Positions 1 to 11,320 of a stretch of DNA of 64,000 nucleotides are shown here, piece after piece (position 1 is the stretch's first letter; each line of letters starts with the position of its first letter). The notes beneath the pieces were generated by a model that saw only the letters and a program-made list of their open reading frames with translations, was not told the DNA's origin and did not search any database. A program made the translations under genes and the position numbers. Source of the stretch: Macrostomum lignano (Eukaryota); the NCBI GenBank assembly GCA_002269645.1, contig NIVC01002518.1, positions 1-64,000 on the forward strand, written 5' to 3'.

Positions 1-429
1 ATGCAACTCTGCTGCTCACTGAAGAGCACCATTTTATACGCAAAGAAAAACACTCTTTCTCATTTGACGCTTTGTCGAGCTGGCTAAACGGAATACGAGT
101 AAGTCTGCAGCAGTTCTAATTGCACATGGAGTATTCCAGTCCATCTGCTGACAGAGGTTCTCCTACAGAAAACTGAAGTGCAGGTAAATTCGCTGAGTAC
201 TTGGGTCCTGAGCACACAGTGCAGCTATTCAAGCTAAGGCATGAGCAGTTGCTGATGCCAGACCAGCCTCAGAGCCGGCGCTGTCACCAATGAGAGAACG
301 GACACCAGGGCGGTCGGTCGGGTCACCGAGCTGCTCACAGAAACTGCCTCATCGCTGAGAAGCTTTGACCCTTTTATAGAAAAGTATACGTCTCGCATTT
401 GGATCTCCGTATTCCCAATAGTCGCCCCT

Positions 430-878
430 GTTGTTGCACAGGTCGGTGTGGCAGCGGCGGCAACTTTCCCAGCCAAGTTGCTCGGCAGTCCTCCCCGCAG
501 CCAACCATTATTGCCTGAAACTGGAGCAGGGTGTGGAAGATCGAATAGCTTTGTTGGGATCAATGCGAAAGCTGCGATTCTGACAGCTCAGCTCAGAACA
601 GACGCAAAGAGTTTGAGTAAACTCGACAACTTACAGTGTCGTAAACAAGACCAGTGGAACAAGCCATGTTTTCTGGGACACTGCATCGCAACCGGATGAA
701 TAACCTCTCCATCTTCAAAGTTCTGTGTTGCGTAGCAGTGATTAAATTCGGAAGTTCCGGTACCAGTTCCTTGGCGAATTTTGTCGTTGCACAAATTTGT
801 GGTGCATTCGCGACAATCGAACACGCTCGGATCCCTGATATACCACTCTGGACAGTGTCCGCAGCGCACAAGCAATTG
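430..878 (-). CDS. Fragment of a Cys-rich protein with tandem Ly6/uPAR (three-finger)-like domains; exon ~878-635 plus a downstream segment ~514-430; possibly disrupted
   Basis: Exon 878-635 is bounded by ttcag (acceptor) and GTAAGT (donor) and reads ...RCGHC...CRECTTNLCN...HCY...C...C. The downstream segment reads MVGCGEDC...CRRCHTDLCN but needs a one-base shift in GGGAAAG. CxxCxxxxCN is the C-terminal motif of LU-like domains. Confidence 0.45.
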
Positions 879-2039
879 CTGAAGTGTAAGATATTTTAAA
901 ATGCCTGTTTGTAGCCATTAAATATTCGCCTGATAAGATCATCGCCTGTTTCGTAATGGTTTTAGCTATGGGGCTAGAATTCCACGATATTACTTGGGAC
1001 TAAGCGGTCTTATTCTAGATAGTTTCGACTAATTCTATTTGCAAACTTATTCTATTTGCAAATCGGTGCAAGTAGATGCCGCGAACTGCCCGTGGGGAAC
1101 TCGAAGAGCCGCCGCTTAACTGCTGCGCCAACAGCGGCAAGACCAAGCGAGGGCAGCGAAGCGAGCGCTCGCGAGTTGAACGTCGGCGTGAGCGAAACCG
1201 GCGAGGTCAGCAATGCGGTTCCGCCCCTCGAGCTGCTGCCATCCTTGGCCAATCGGATCTTCTGGGTGGCGCCGGGGACCGTGAGGCTCACTGTCATCGA
1301 GCCCCAGCGGTATCACAGGGACGCTTCAGGTCAGGACGTTGAACTTCCGCCCTCTCAACGCCGCCTGGCGGAGAGGACTGTTGGCGCATCCACCGCTCGA
1401 CTTAAGCTGTGACGTCATCGCGCTGCAAGAGGTTCCATCAGGGCCCACTGAGGAACTCATTGTGAGGAACTGGGCGCCAGTCGAACCCTCTGGTACACAT
1501 GTCGGCGGACCAATAAAGCCGTGGAGAGTTGGGAACCTGATCGGAGAAAGGCTGCAGCAGAGTTGTCGCTAGCATCTCCCTGTCTGACTGGCTGCTTCGG
1601 GTCAACGTCCGGCTTCGTGGTCGGAACGCTCATCTGTTCTGCGCCTAAGCGCCTCCTGCTATCCGACCTGACGAGGCTCAAGTCTTTTTCAAACAGCTCT
1701 CGACGCAGGTGGAGGAGAGGGCGCAGTGTGACACAGTGGTCTTTATAAAGACTTTGCCACTGTTGACTTGCTTGACTCGCTGACAACTTTGTTGTTGTTC
1801 GAGCTGGTTCTGTCGTCTGTCTACTGTTGTATAAATCCTAAGCACTCAACAAAATTTCTCTTTTGAAAACGCATCTCTCTAATACGCTCGTAGCTCTTCC
1901 TATTCTTTAGTAGAGTTGCTCGCTTAATTAATAGCAAATAAATAAAGCTTAAAATCAACAGTTACGGCAAAAACCACTTTTGTCGTTTGTTACCCTCCCG
2001 TTTTCAATTTGACACTTTCAGCAGTGGGCAGCAGTGGGC

Positions 2040-2325
2040 TACATAAAAACCAAGCAGCCTACAGCTATTAGCATTATAATCTATGGCCAAAACCGTTTGC
2101 AAGCTCTCACTGCCGAAAAAATACATTAGCGAGATGGGCAAAAACCTGTTTTCTGACAATTGAGAGGCCTCTTTAATTTGGATAGCTTATTAAAAATACG
2201 TGTACCGATTCCGGACAATTTGCCATCTAATGGTGCAAAAACGGAGAAAATCGGTCATTCCGTTCGCAAGATTTTCTGTTACAAGCAAACAAACAAACAA
2301 ACAAACTCAACTTTAGTATATAAGA
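2040..2325 (-). mobile_element. Partial Helitron-like element (5' part only)
   Basis: 5' end TCTTATATACTAAAG at 2325 followed by (TTTG)n; internal similarity to the ctatggcc...gctctcactgc segment of later units; no 3' hairpin/CTAG found. Confidence 0.55.
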
Positions 2326-2463
2326 CTAGCAATTTTCGCCCCCCGTTGGGGGACATCTGTATAGAATCTCTGTTCTCTACAAGGAATAAGAAGATAGCCA
2401 AATAAAGCTTTCACAAAGAAAACAGACAAACTACTCAAATGAAGTGCAATGCAAAAAGAAATC

Positions 2464-2580
2464 ATCCCAAGACAGCAAGCATCCCCCAGATAGCAAGCAT
2501 CCCCCAGATTGCAAGCATCCCCAAAATAGCAAGCATCCCCCAGATAGATAGCATCCCCAAATAGCAAACATCCACCAGAC
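2464..2580. repeat. 18-bp minisatellite (agcaagcatcccccagat), ~6 copies
   Basis: Direct tandem periodicity. Confidence 0.85.
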
Positions 2581-2671
2581 AATAAGTAGCTAGTGCGACA
2601 ATTTCCTTAGCATTATAGTGGCTCCTTCAAAATTCGCTCACTTTTACGTTTGAAATTGTGTATCTTTTATG

Positions 2672-4108
2672 TTCGACATGGTGGCTCCTTTATGTTCAAC
2701 ATGGTAGCTCTTTAATGTTCGACACGATGGCACTTTAATGTTTGACATGGTGGCTCTTTAATGATTGACATGGTAGCCCTTTAATGTTCAACATGGTGGC
2801 TCTTTAATGTTCGAAATGGTCGTTTTTATGTTTTACATTGTGGCTCTTTAATGCTCAACATGGTGGCTCTTTTATGTTTGAAATAAAGTCTCTTATATGT
2901 TTGACATGGTGGCTCTTTAATGTTCTACATGGTGGCTCTTTAATGTTCTACATGGTGGCTCTTTAATGTTCGACATGAAGTCATGTATATGTTTGATATA
3001 GAGTCACATATATGTTTTACATAGTGGCTCTTTTATGTTTGAAATGGTGGCTCTTTAATGTTCGATGTGGTGGCTCTTTAATGTTCGACATGGTGGCTCC
3101 TTAATGTTCGACACGATGGCTCTTTAATGTTTGACATGGTGGCTCTTTAATGTTTTACATGGTGGCTCTTTAATGTTTGACATGGTAGCTCTTTAATGTT
3201 TGACATGGTGGCTCTTTTCTGTTTGACATGATGGTTCTTTTATGTTTGAAATGAAGTCACTTATTTGTTTGACATGGTGAATCTTTTAAATGTTTTACAG
3301 GGCGGCTCTTTAATTTTCAACATGGTGGCTCTTTTATGTTCGACATAGTGGCTCCTTTATGTTCGACATGGTGGCTCTTTTATATTAGACATGGTGGCTC
3401 TTTAATGTTTGACATGGTGGCTCTTTAATGTTTGACATAGTGGCTCTTTAATATTCAACAAAGTGGCTCTTTAATGTTTGACATGGGGGGCATGGTAGCT
3501 GGCCAGGGATTGAGTATGGCTCTTTAATACTCAACAAAGTGGCTTTTTAATGTTTGACATGTTGACTCTCTAATGTTCAAAATGGTGGCTCTTTAATGTT
3601 TGACATGGTGGCTCTTTAATGTTCAACATAGTGGCTCTTTTATGTTTGACATGGTGGCTTCTTTATGTTTGACATGGTGGCTCTTTAATGTTCGACACGA
3701 TGGCACTTTAATGTTTGACATGGTGGCTCTTTTATATTAGACATGGTGGCTCTTTTATGTTCTACATGGTGGCTCTTTAATGTTTGACATGGTGACTCTT
3801 TAATGTTCAAAATGGGGGCTCTTTAATGTTTGACATGGTGGCTCTTAATGTTCAAAATGGTGGCTTTTTAATGTTCGACATGGTGGCTCTTTTAGGTTTG
3901 AAATGGGTGGCCTTATAATGTTTGACATTGTGGCTTGTTAATGTTCGACTTGGTGGCTCTTTTAGGTTTGAAATGGTGGCTCTTTAATATTTGACATGGT
4001 GGCTCTTTAATGTTTGACAAGGTGGCTCTTTAATATTTGACATGGTGGCTCTTTAATGTTTGACATGGTGGCTCTTTTATGTTCGACATGGTGGCTCTTC
4101 TATATTTG
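2672..4108. repeat. 23-bp minisatellite (catggtggctctttaatgtttga), ~60 copies
   Basis: Direct tandem periodicity with point variants. Confidence 0.95.
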
Positions 4109-4173
4109 ACATTGCGCTTCTTTTATGATTAGCAATTTTTTCTTTTCAAAGTGTTTTAATAAAAAATCATTTT

Positions 4174-4240
4174 GCGCTACTAAGATTCGAACCCAGGTCG
4201 CTACATTAGCAGTCCAGTCTGTTCGCATCTAGGCTATCTC
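4174..4240 (-). pseudogene. Degenerate tRNA-like sequence (tRNA pseudogene or SINE head)
   Basis: Minus strand has an A-box-like TAGCCTAGATGCG, an anticodon-loop-like CTGCTAA and a B-box GGTTCGAATC; stems are imperfect and there is no long variable arm. Confidence 0.55.
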
Positions 4241-5239
4241 TTTTTAATTGGAGAACATGAATTGTGGCCCTTATAATTCAATTCTTACAGCAAGTCAATT
4301 GGAGTAAAAAGTTATGACATAATCAATTTCTCAGTCAGCCAGTATCAGTCTCAATTCAAGTTAGCAATATGGTTACGCAATTTTAACCAAGTTGTGTGTG
4401 CATTTCTTCGACACTGTTTTCAATTTGTTGTGATGCAATCTTTATCAGAATTGAAATTCAGCCAGTCAGTTTTTTCTCTAGCATTCTTACAATGCATTTC
4501 AAGTCGAAAATTTTGCTTGACCTTTGCAAAAAAGCATGTTTTTCGAATATTTAATCCCTTTAACATTGAGCAATTTCTTAGCCAAGATGCATGTACCGTC
4601 CCAGGAAAATTTCTGATTGAATGGTACAAGTTTGAAGAAAATCGGTTGAGACAATTTTTCTGAAATCTATCGCATAGCTAGATACAGACAACTCATTTTT
4701 AGTATATAGGACTAGCCATTTAGCCCCCGCTGGGGAGCCTTGAAAATGACACCAATTGGTTTTTATTTTGGCACAAGAGTAACCTCACTATAATCATCCA
4801 AAATTTTGATTTCCAATAATCAAAAATTACCTTTTCTCATTTTGGCAGAAATAAATTGTCGTCAATCCGAATTTTATTAGCCAAAAAAGTTTCGTTCATC
4901 AGCTCAAAACCCTTTCTAAATCGGCAAATAGTGCTTATCCTTTCAAGCACAAACTCTTGATGCATATCGTCACTGGCCGGGGCATATTCTGATCCGCAGC
5001 AGGAGCTCAATATGCAAATCCCTGACGCCCTTAGACCCTCTCTCTAGATTAGCCTAAATCAAAGGATCAAACCAGCGCAAAGGATTAAATGCGCTGGTAT
5101 TTCCTATTAGCAGAAATCAGCATCACTTGTGTGTAATTTTTCATTATCTGAATTACATGAGCTACTTGAGCCGTACTACCTGACTATCTGACAATCGCCC
5201 AACAACCTAACACCCCCCAAAAAAATTTAGGCATCGTCC

Positions 5240-6050
5240 ATGAGCCTTGACGTCTCAGCAATTTCCACAGTAAGCCTTGAGATCTCAGAAATTATCCCAG
5301 TAAGCCTTGAGATCTCAGCAATTCCCCCAGTAAGCCTTGACATCTCAGCAATACCCCCAGTAAGCCTTGACGTCTGAGGAATTCCCCGAGTAAGCCTTGA
5401 AATCTCAGCATTCCACCAGTAAGCCTTGAGATCTCAGAAATTATCCCAGTATGCCTTGACATCTCAGCAATTCCCCCAGTAAGCCTTGACATCTCAGCAA
5501 TTCCCCCAGTAAGCCTTGACATCTCAGCAATTCCCCCAGTAAGCCTTGACATCTCAGAAATTCCCCAAGTAAGCCTTGAGATCTCAGCAATTCCCCCAGT
5601 AAGCCTTGACATCTCAGCAATACCCCCAGTAAGCCTTGACGTCTGAGGAATTCCCCGAGTAAGCCTTGAAATCTCAGCATTCCCCCAGTAAGCTCTGAGA
5701 TCTCAGCAATTCCCCCAGCAAGCCTTGACATCTCAGCAATTCCCCCAGTAAGCCTTGACATCTCAGTAAGCATAGAAATCTTAGCAATTCCCAGTAGGAC
5801 TTGACATTTTAGCAATTCCCAGTAGGACTTGACATTTTAGCAATTCCCAGAAAGCCTTGACATCTCAGCAATTCTTAGTAGGACTTGACATCTCAGCAAT
5901 TCCCCCATTAAGCCTCGACATTGCAGCAATTCTCCCAGCGCAGTATTTAGCCTTGACATCCCAACAGCCCAACTCCCCTCTCCCAAGAATTCAGCAATCC
6001 CCTTATAAGCCTTGACAACTCAGCTATTCCCCCCATGAGCTTAGATATCT
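5240..6050. repeat. 30-bp minisatellite (agtaagccttgacatctcagcaattccccc), array in unit B
   Basis: Tandem 30-bp period; gives spurious MSRLTGGIAE / LLRCQGLLGE ORFs. Confidence 0.95.
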
Positions 6051-7073
6051 TAGCAAGTCTTTAATTGATTGTTGACAGTGGTTAGTCTATGATTGAACCA
6101 AAACTGACCCTAAGCCCCCAAACCTACCCATAAGTGAGTCTTGGCAAAAAATTGCATGAATCCTTATAGGAAACAATGATTATTGTCACAAAGATAAATT
6201 CGCTGCTTCAATACAGACTCGAACTGCCGACCTTCTGCTAAAAGCCTTATACTATTCAAGAAGTTTAGTAACTTCGGCAGTTTGAAGTTAACCCCCCCCC
6301 CTGAAATCGGCAGTTATCTCCACAACATCCTGAAATTAGCTATCACTTCTAATCCCACAAACAGACTGCAGTCATACTCTTAGCAGCCTGCAGATATCCA
6401 CTGTGCCGTCTAAAACTTTCATTAACATCAGCAAACTACAATACTTCACTCAGCAGTCCGCAGTTATCCACTCAACAACTTGCACTTAATTCTTCACAGC
6501 TATTATCCACTTTAAACTCTGTAGATAGTTATCCCCTCAACAGTTTGCTGCTATGCACTCATAAGTGTGGAGGAACTACCTCAGCAGTTTGTTCCATTTT
6601 TCCCTTTGCAGTCTGCATGAATGATCCCTTTGACAATCTGCAGTTCCCCTCAGCATCTTCTGTTCTCCTTGCCAATAATCTTCCAATCTTCCAATAATCT
6701 AAAAATGTGCTCAGCATTTTACGGCTCACTAAACAATGTTCAGTACATATCGGCATTCTTTAAAAAACTCAAAATTTAGCAATACCTTTAAGCAATTTTA
6801 ACAGCATGGTGTGCAGTTAAATAGCAATTTCATACTTTCATGGTGCGAGGCAGTACTCGTTGATGGGATCAGTAATACACGAAGCAGTTTTTAAAAATCA
6901 AATTTAATAAGTGGCTTGTGCCAAGTAGCAAAAATTATTTGCTAATTAATAAAAAGTGTTGCAATTAAAATTAATAAAAAATATGTTATATTTAGTCGAG
7001 TCACAAGCTACAAATGAATGAATTTACTTATTTTAATTATCCACCGGGGAGGCGGACTCGAACCTTGTACCTT

Positions 7074-7433
7074 TTTTTATTATTAGAGGCAGGGGGGTTG
7101 TGTGCACCCTGGCGCACTTTAGGCGACATAGGCACACAACCGGCGAGAGGCATTGCTGCCCATTCCGCCGACTCCCCTGAGCAGGCATACAAGCGCGCGG
7201 ATACGTTACGCAGGCACACACTCACACAGGAGTGTACAGCGGCCCTAACTTTATCAATTGTTAGGCATGTACACTTCACTGCGCCTTGGGGGGTTGGCTC
7301 TCAAGGCCGTTAATTGCACAAGCGAGCCAAGCCGAAATTCCAATTCAGCCCCAAATTAATGTGACTGCACTTGGAATCGAGCCTGGGTCGCGGCACACCA
7401 GAGCAGCTGCGCTACCGCTGGGCTACGGCCCCC
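7074..7433 (-). mobile_element. Full-length tRNA-derived SINE (~360 bp) with 15-bp TSD
   Basis: Head GGGGGCCGTAGCCCAGCGGTAGCGC...GGCTCGATTCC (A and B boxes); A-rich tail TAATAATAAAAA; flanking direct repeat cgaaccttgtacctt at 7059-7073 and 7434-7448. Confidence 0.85.
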
Positions 7434-8611
7434 CGAACCTTGTACCTTACGCCTAGCCTAAACCTAGTCCTAGTGCCTACACTGCGGCTATTCCGCCTAC
7501 TAATGGAAGGGCGCAAAAATCAGACATATATGCTTCGGCACTGCAGTCAAATACATAGCAGTGATAGCCTGCTCAGTGTGCACAGTTTTGGTGCTGGCAG
7601 AGCCATTGCACAGTTAAGTAAATCTGTCAATTTCAATACTTTTAAAATGCACTGGCTGATTTCTCTCTCCCTCCAGAGTGCCTGCGCAATGCTTGGCACA
7701 CTGCCTCCTGCTGAAAAGCTCAGAGTCAGTTTATAGCGAGAATATGCAGTACGCAGTTGTGGCGCAATCATTTAGAATTGGAATTCAGCCAGTCAAGAAT
7801 TCAACGCTGCTTGGCCTTCCATTAAAAGCATTTAGATAAACTTGTTTTTCGAATATTTAATACCTTTAGCATTGAAGCAGATTAAAGAAATTTTAGCTGT
7901 CCTCTTTCCAGATAATTCAAAACTTTTGGCGAAAACGCGATCAAAATTGGTCAAGAATTGCAGTCTGTAGAGCGTTACGAAAAACAGATCTTTGACGCTT
8001 AAAGAGCTCGCTGCTAGCCTCCAGAATAATTTTATTTTTGACCCCTGGTATGGTTGCGCAATTTAAATAGAGTAATTATCTGGGCAGTGGGGCCCATGAG
8101 TTTTCTTATCAGTTGGCTCTGGCGCAATCATTAAAATTGGCTGTGAAGTTTTTCGCTGATAAAATTTTGCATTGAAAAAGCCCATTTAAAACAGTTTTTC
8201 GAATATTTAATCCCTTTAGCATTGAAGCAGATACAAGAAATTTTAACTGTCTTCTTTCCAGACAATTTTGAATCTTTTGGCGAAAACGCGATCAAAATCG
8301 GTGAAGAATTGCAATCTGTAGAGCGTTATGGACATACAAACCTTAGAGATTTAGTATATTTAGACTAGCCATTTAGCCCCCCTCCGGGTGGCTTCTTAGC
8401 AGTTTAGCGCTTGTCCATAAGCAGTTTTGCACAGTCGCTGAGCAAATCTCACTAATCTCCGAGAAGTTCTGCAGTAGCAAATCTCTAAGCAGTTGTACAC
8501 CAATTTTACTGAGACTAAAAAGTTCTAAAAAGTTACATTTCTTAATGTTTGAAACTTTGCAACGTCAATTCATTTATAGTTCTTTTATGATTATTCGTTA
8601 TATTCAAATCC

Positions 8612-9125
8612 TCACCAGATTAGCGCTATACTCCCATATTAGCCCTACACCTCCAGATTAGCCCCACTTCCCCCAGATTAGCACTACTCCCCCCATATTA
8701 GCCGCACACCCCCAGATTAGCCCCACTTCCCCCAGATTAGCACTACACCCAGATTAGCACTGCGCCCAGATTAGCACTCAGCCCAGATTAGCACTCAGCC
8801 CAGATTAGCACTCAGCCCAGATTAGCACTCAGCCCAGATTAGCACTCAGCCTAGATTAGCACTCAGCCCAGATTAGCACTCAGCCTAGATTAGCACTCAG
8901 CCCAGATTAGCACTCAGCCTAGATTAGCACCGCTCCACAGATTACCGCCGCTTCCCAGATAGTTTCACCTTCCCAGATTAGCACTACTTCTCCAGATTTG
9001 CACTACTCCGCAAAAATTTGCACCGCTACTTCCTCCAGATTAGCCCCAATCCCCCAGATTAGCCCCCCACTCCTTTATATTAGCCCCACTCCCTTAGATA
9101 GCACCGCTCCCCAGATTAGCACCAC
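8612..9125. repeat. 17-bp core minisatellite (gcccagattagcactca) with longer degenerate variants
   Basis: Near-perfect 17-bp period at 8764-8930; degenerate ccagattagc units on the flanks. Confidence 0.9.
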
Positions 9126-10117
9126 TCCCAAACTGCTAAAAGGTGACTACTATTATCGCCTCAGAAGTTTAAAGTTAAACCCTCCCCAGAAATTGGGAGT
9201 TATCCCCACAACAACCTGAAATTATCCCTTCTAATTCCGCAAAACAGACTGCAGTCATACAGCTCATTTGCACTCTACAACTTTTATTATTATTATTCAT
9301 TTATCCCTCAGGGACCCAGAATTGTCCCTTCTGCAAGCTACAATTATTCACAGTTAGATATCCGCCTCAGAAGTCTGCCATTATTATCCTAGTCTGCCAT
9401 TATTATCCTAGCAGTCTGCAGCTATCCACTCGGCAGTTTGCAGTTTGTCCCCTTTGCAGTCTGCAATGATCCTTTCAACAATCTGCAGTTCCCCTCAGTA
9501 GTCTGCAGTCAATTCATTTGCAGTCAGCAAGTGTTTCCTTAATAATTCTCATTTATCCCCTCAGCAGTCTGCAGTTCTCTCAGCTGGCCCCTCAGTATTT
9601 TCAGCAAACTGCAATGATCTTTTCAATTATTTAAAAATTTGCTCAGCATTTACGACGGCGCACTAATCAATTTTCGATACATATAGGCAGTCTTGCGCAA
9701 CTCAGCATTTAGCAATACCTCAGCAGTTTAGCAGCATCGTCTACTGCAATGATCCTTTCAACAATGTAGAAATTAGCTCAGCATTTTATGGCTCACTAAT
9801 CGATTTTCGATACATATCGGCAATCTCTTGCACCACTCAGCATTTAGCAATACCTCAGCAGTTTAGCAGCATCGTCTGCAGCTTAGTAATTTAATCCCCT
9901 GCAGTTTAGTAATATCTACTTCTATAGACCTAGATAATAACAATTAATGGGATCTTAGGATTTTACAAATCAAATCAAATTTGCTTAGTGGCTTGTGCGA
10001 GTAGCAAAAATAAATTATTGTAATTAATAAAAAAATTTAATTACAATTAATTAAAAAATGTTCAAAATAGTCGAGGCAGAAGCTACTAATGAATGAATTT
10101 ATTTAATTTTAAGTATC

Positions 10118-10205
10118 CGCTGGGGAGGCGGACTCGAACCTTGGACCTTATGCCTAGCCTAAACCTAGTCCTAGTGCCTACACTGCGGCTATTCCGCCTA
10201 CTGAT
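10118..10205 (-). other. tRNA-derived Pol III promoter-like segment inside Helitron units (other copies ~33612-33700, and 7041-7510 split by the SINE)
   Basis: Minus strand TAGCCGCAGTGTAGG (A-box-like) ... GGTTCGAGTCC (B-box); no complete cloverleaf. Confidence 0.55.
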
Positions 10206-10685
10206 CGGAGGGCGCAAAAATCAGCCATATATGCTTCGGCACAGCAGTCAAATACATAGCAGTGATAGGCTGCTCAGTGTGCACAAGTTGTGCAGGCAGA
10301 GCCAATGCAGAGTTGAGTGAAATCTATTAATAGCAATTGTCTATGCAGTCCGCCAGTCAGCCAGGGTCAGAATGTACACACGCAGCCACTGAGCATTATT
10401 TTCCTCTCCCTTATTGCAGCCAGTATTGAGGCGTACACAGTGAACAGAGAAAAGTTGTGGCGCAATCTTAATTGGAATTGAAATTCAGTTAGTGAGATTT
10501 TGACCTTTTCTAGCCTCCCATTGAAAGCATAGGGAAAACTCGTTTTTCGAATATTTAACCATCTTCCCATTCGAATTTTTTAAATGCAATTACACCCACA
10601 CAATCTCACAAGAATTTGCAATTGAATGAAGCAAGTTTGAAAAAAATCGGTTCAGGCATTCGGGCTGTGGACTGGAATACCGGTC

Positions 10686-10717
<32 letters not shown>

Positions 10718-10873
10718 CTTAGAGATTTAGTATATTGTGATTGCAGTCTCTAGAGCGTTATGGACATTCATTCATTCAAGCATACAAACCTTAGAGATTT
10801 AGTATATTTAGATAGAAGATTTAGAAGATAGAAGAAGATTAGAAGATTAGATTAGATAGAAGATAGATTTAGA

Positions 10874-11311
10874 CTAGCAATCTACGCCCCCCGTTGGGGA
10901 GCCAAAGAAATGCAATACACGTTTTTTTAATAAGCTACATGTATCCTTGAAATCTTAAAAAATCTCCTGTCAAACCTTGTAAGCCTTGACATGTCAGTTA
11001 TCCCCCCCCACAAGCTTTAACATATCAACTCCCCCCCTTGACATCTCAGCAATGCCCCAATAAGCCTTGGAAATCTAAAAATATTTGTCAACCTTCTAAC
11101 CCTAACCCTAGCCTAACCCTAACCCTAACCCTAACCCTAAAGCATTGAAATTTCAGTAATTCTCTCTAAGAGTCATTATAGCACTACTACAGCATTACAG
11201 GGGCGTAGCCAGAGGGGGGCAAGGGGGGCCGTGGCCCCCCCATAATCACCAACTCTGGCCTTGGCGCCCCCCCCTAAAAGAATATAGACATCACATTTTT
11301 AGTATATAGGA
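10874..11311 (-). mobile_element. Short chimeric Helitron-like unit D (438 bp)
   Basis: Hairpin + CTAG at 10874; unit-A-type 5' end TCCTATATACTAAAAATG at 11311; contains degenerate 30-bp repeats and (CCCTAA)n. Confidence 0.7.
11096..11140. repeat. Interstitial telomere-like (CCCTAA)n, ~7 copies
   Basis: ctaaccctaaccctagcctaaccctaaccctaaccctaaccctaa. Confidence 0.8.
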
Positions 11312-11320
11312 TTAGATAGA

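Larger units (their letters stand above)
2326..4711 (-). mobile_element. Helitron-like unit A (contains 18-bp and 23-bp tandem repeats and a tRNA-like segment)
   Basis: 3' end CCCCCAACGGGGGG hairpin + CTAG (2326-2352); 5' end TCCTATATACTAAAAATG at 4711; direct CTAG|TC junctions on both sides. Confidence 0.8.
4712..8364 (-). mobile_element. Composite Helitron-like unit B
   Basis: 3' end CCCCAGCGGGGG hairpin + CTAG at 4712; 5' end TCTAAATATACTAAATCTC at 8364; ~8000-8364 is a degenerate copy of the 345-bp mini-element seen at 11.3-12.9 kb. Confidence 0.75.
8365..10812 (-). mobile_element. Helitron-like unit C
   Basis: CTAG at 8365 with imperfect hairpin GCCACCCGGAGGGGGGC; (GTCT)n near the 5' end; 5' terminus at 10812. 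Confidence 0.7.

Noticed and set aside
1052-1790. GC-rich overlapping ORFs (for example 1457-1786 on the minus strand)
   Set aside because: No recognisable motif, no ATG start or consistent frame; might be exonic but cannot be supported.
4174-4240. Functional tRNA-Ser(GCT) gene
   Set aside because: Mismatched anticodon and acceptor stems and no long variable arm.
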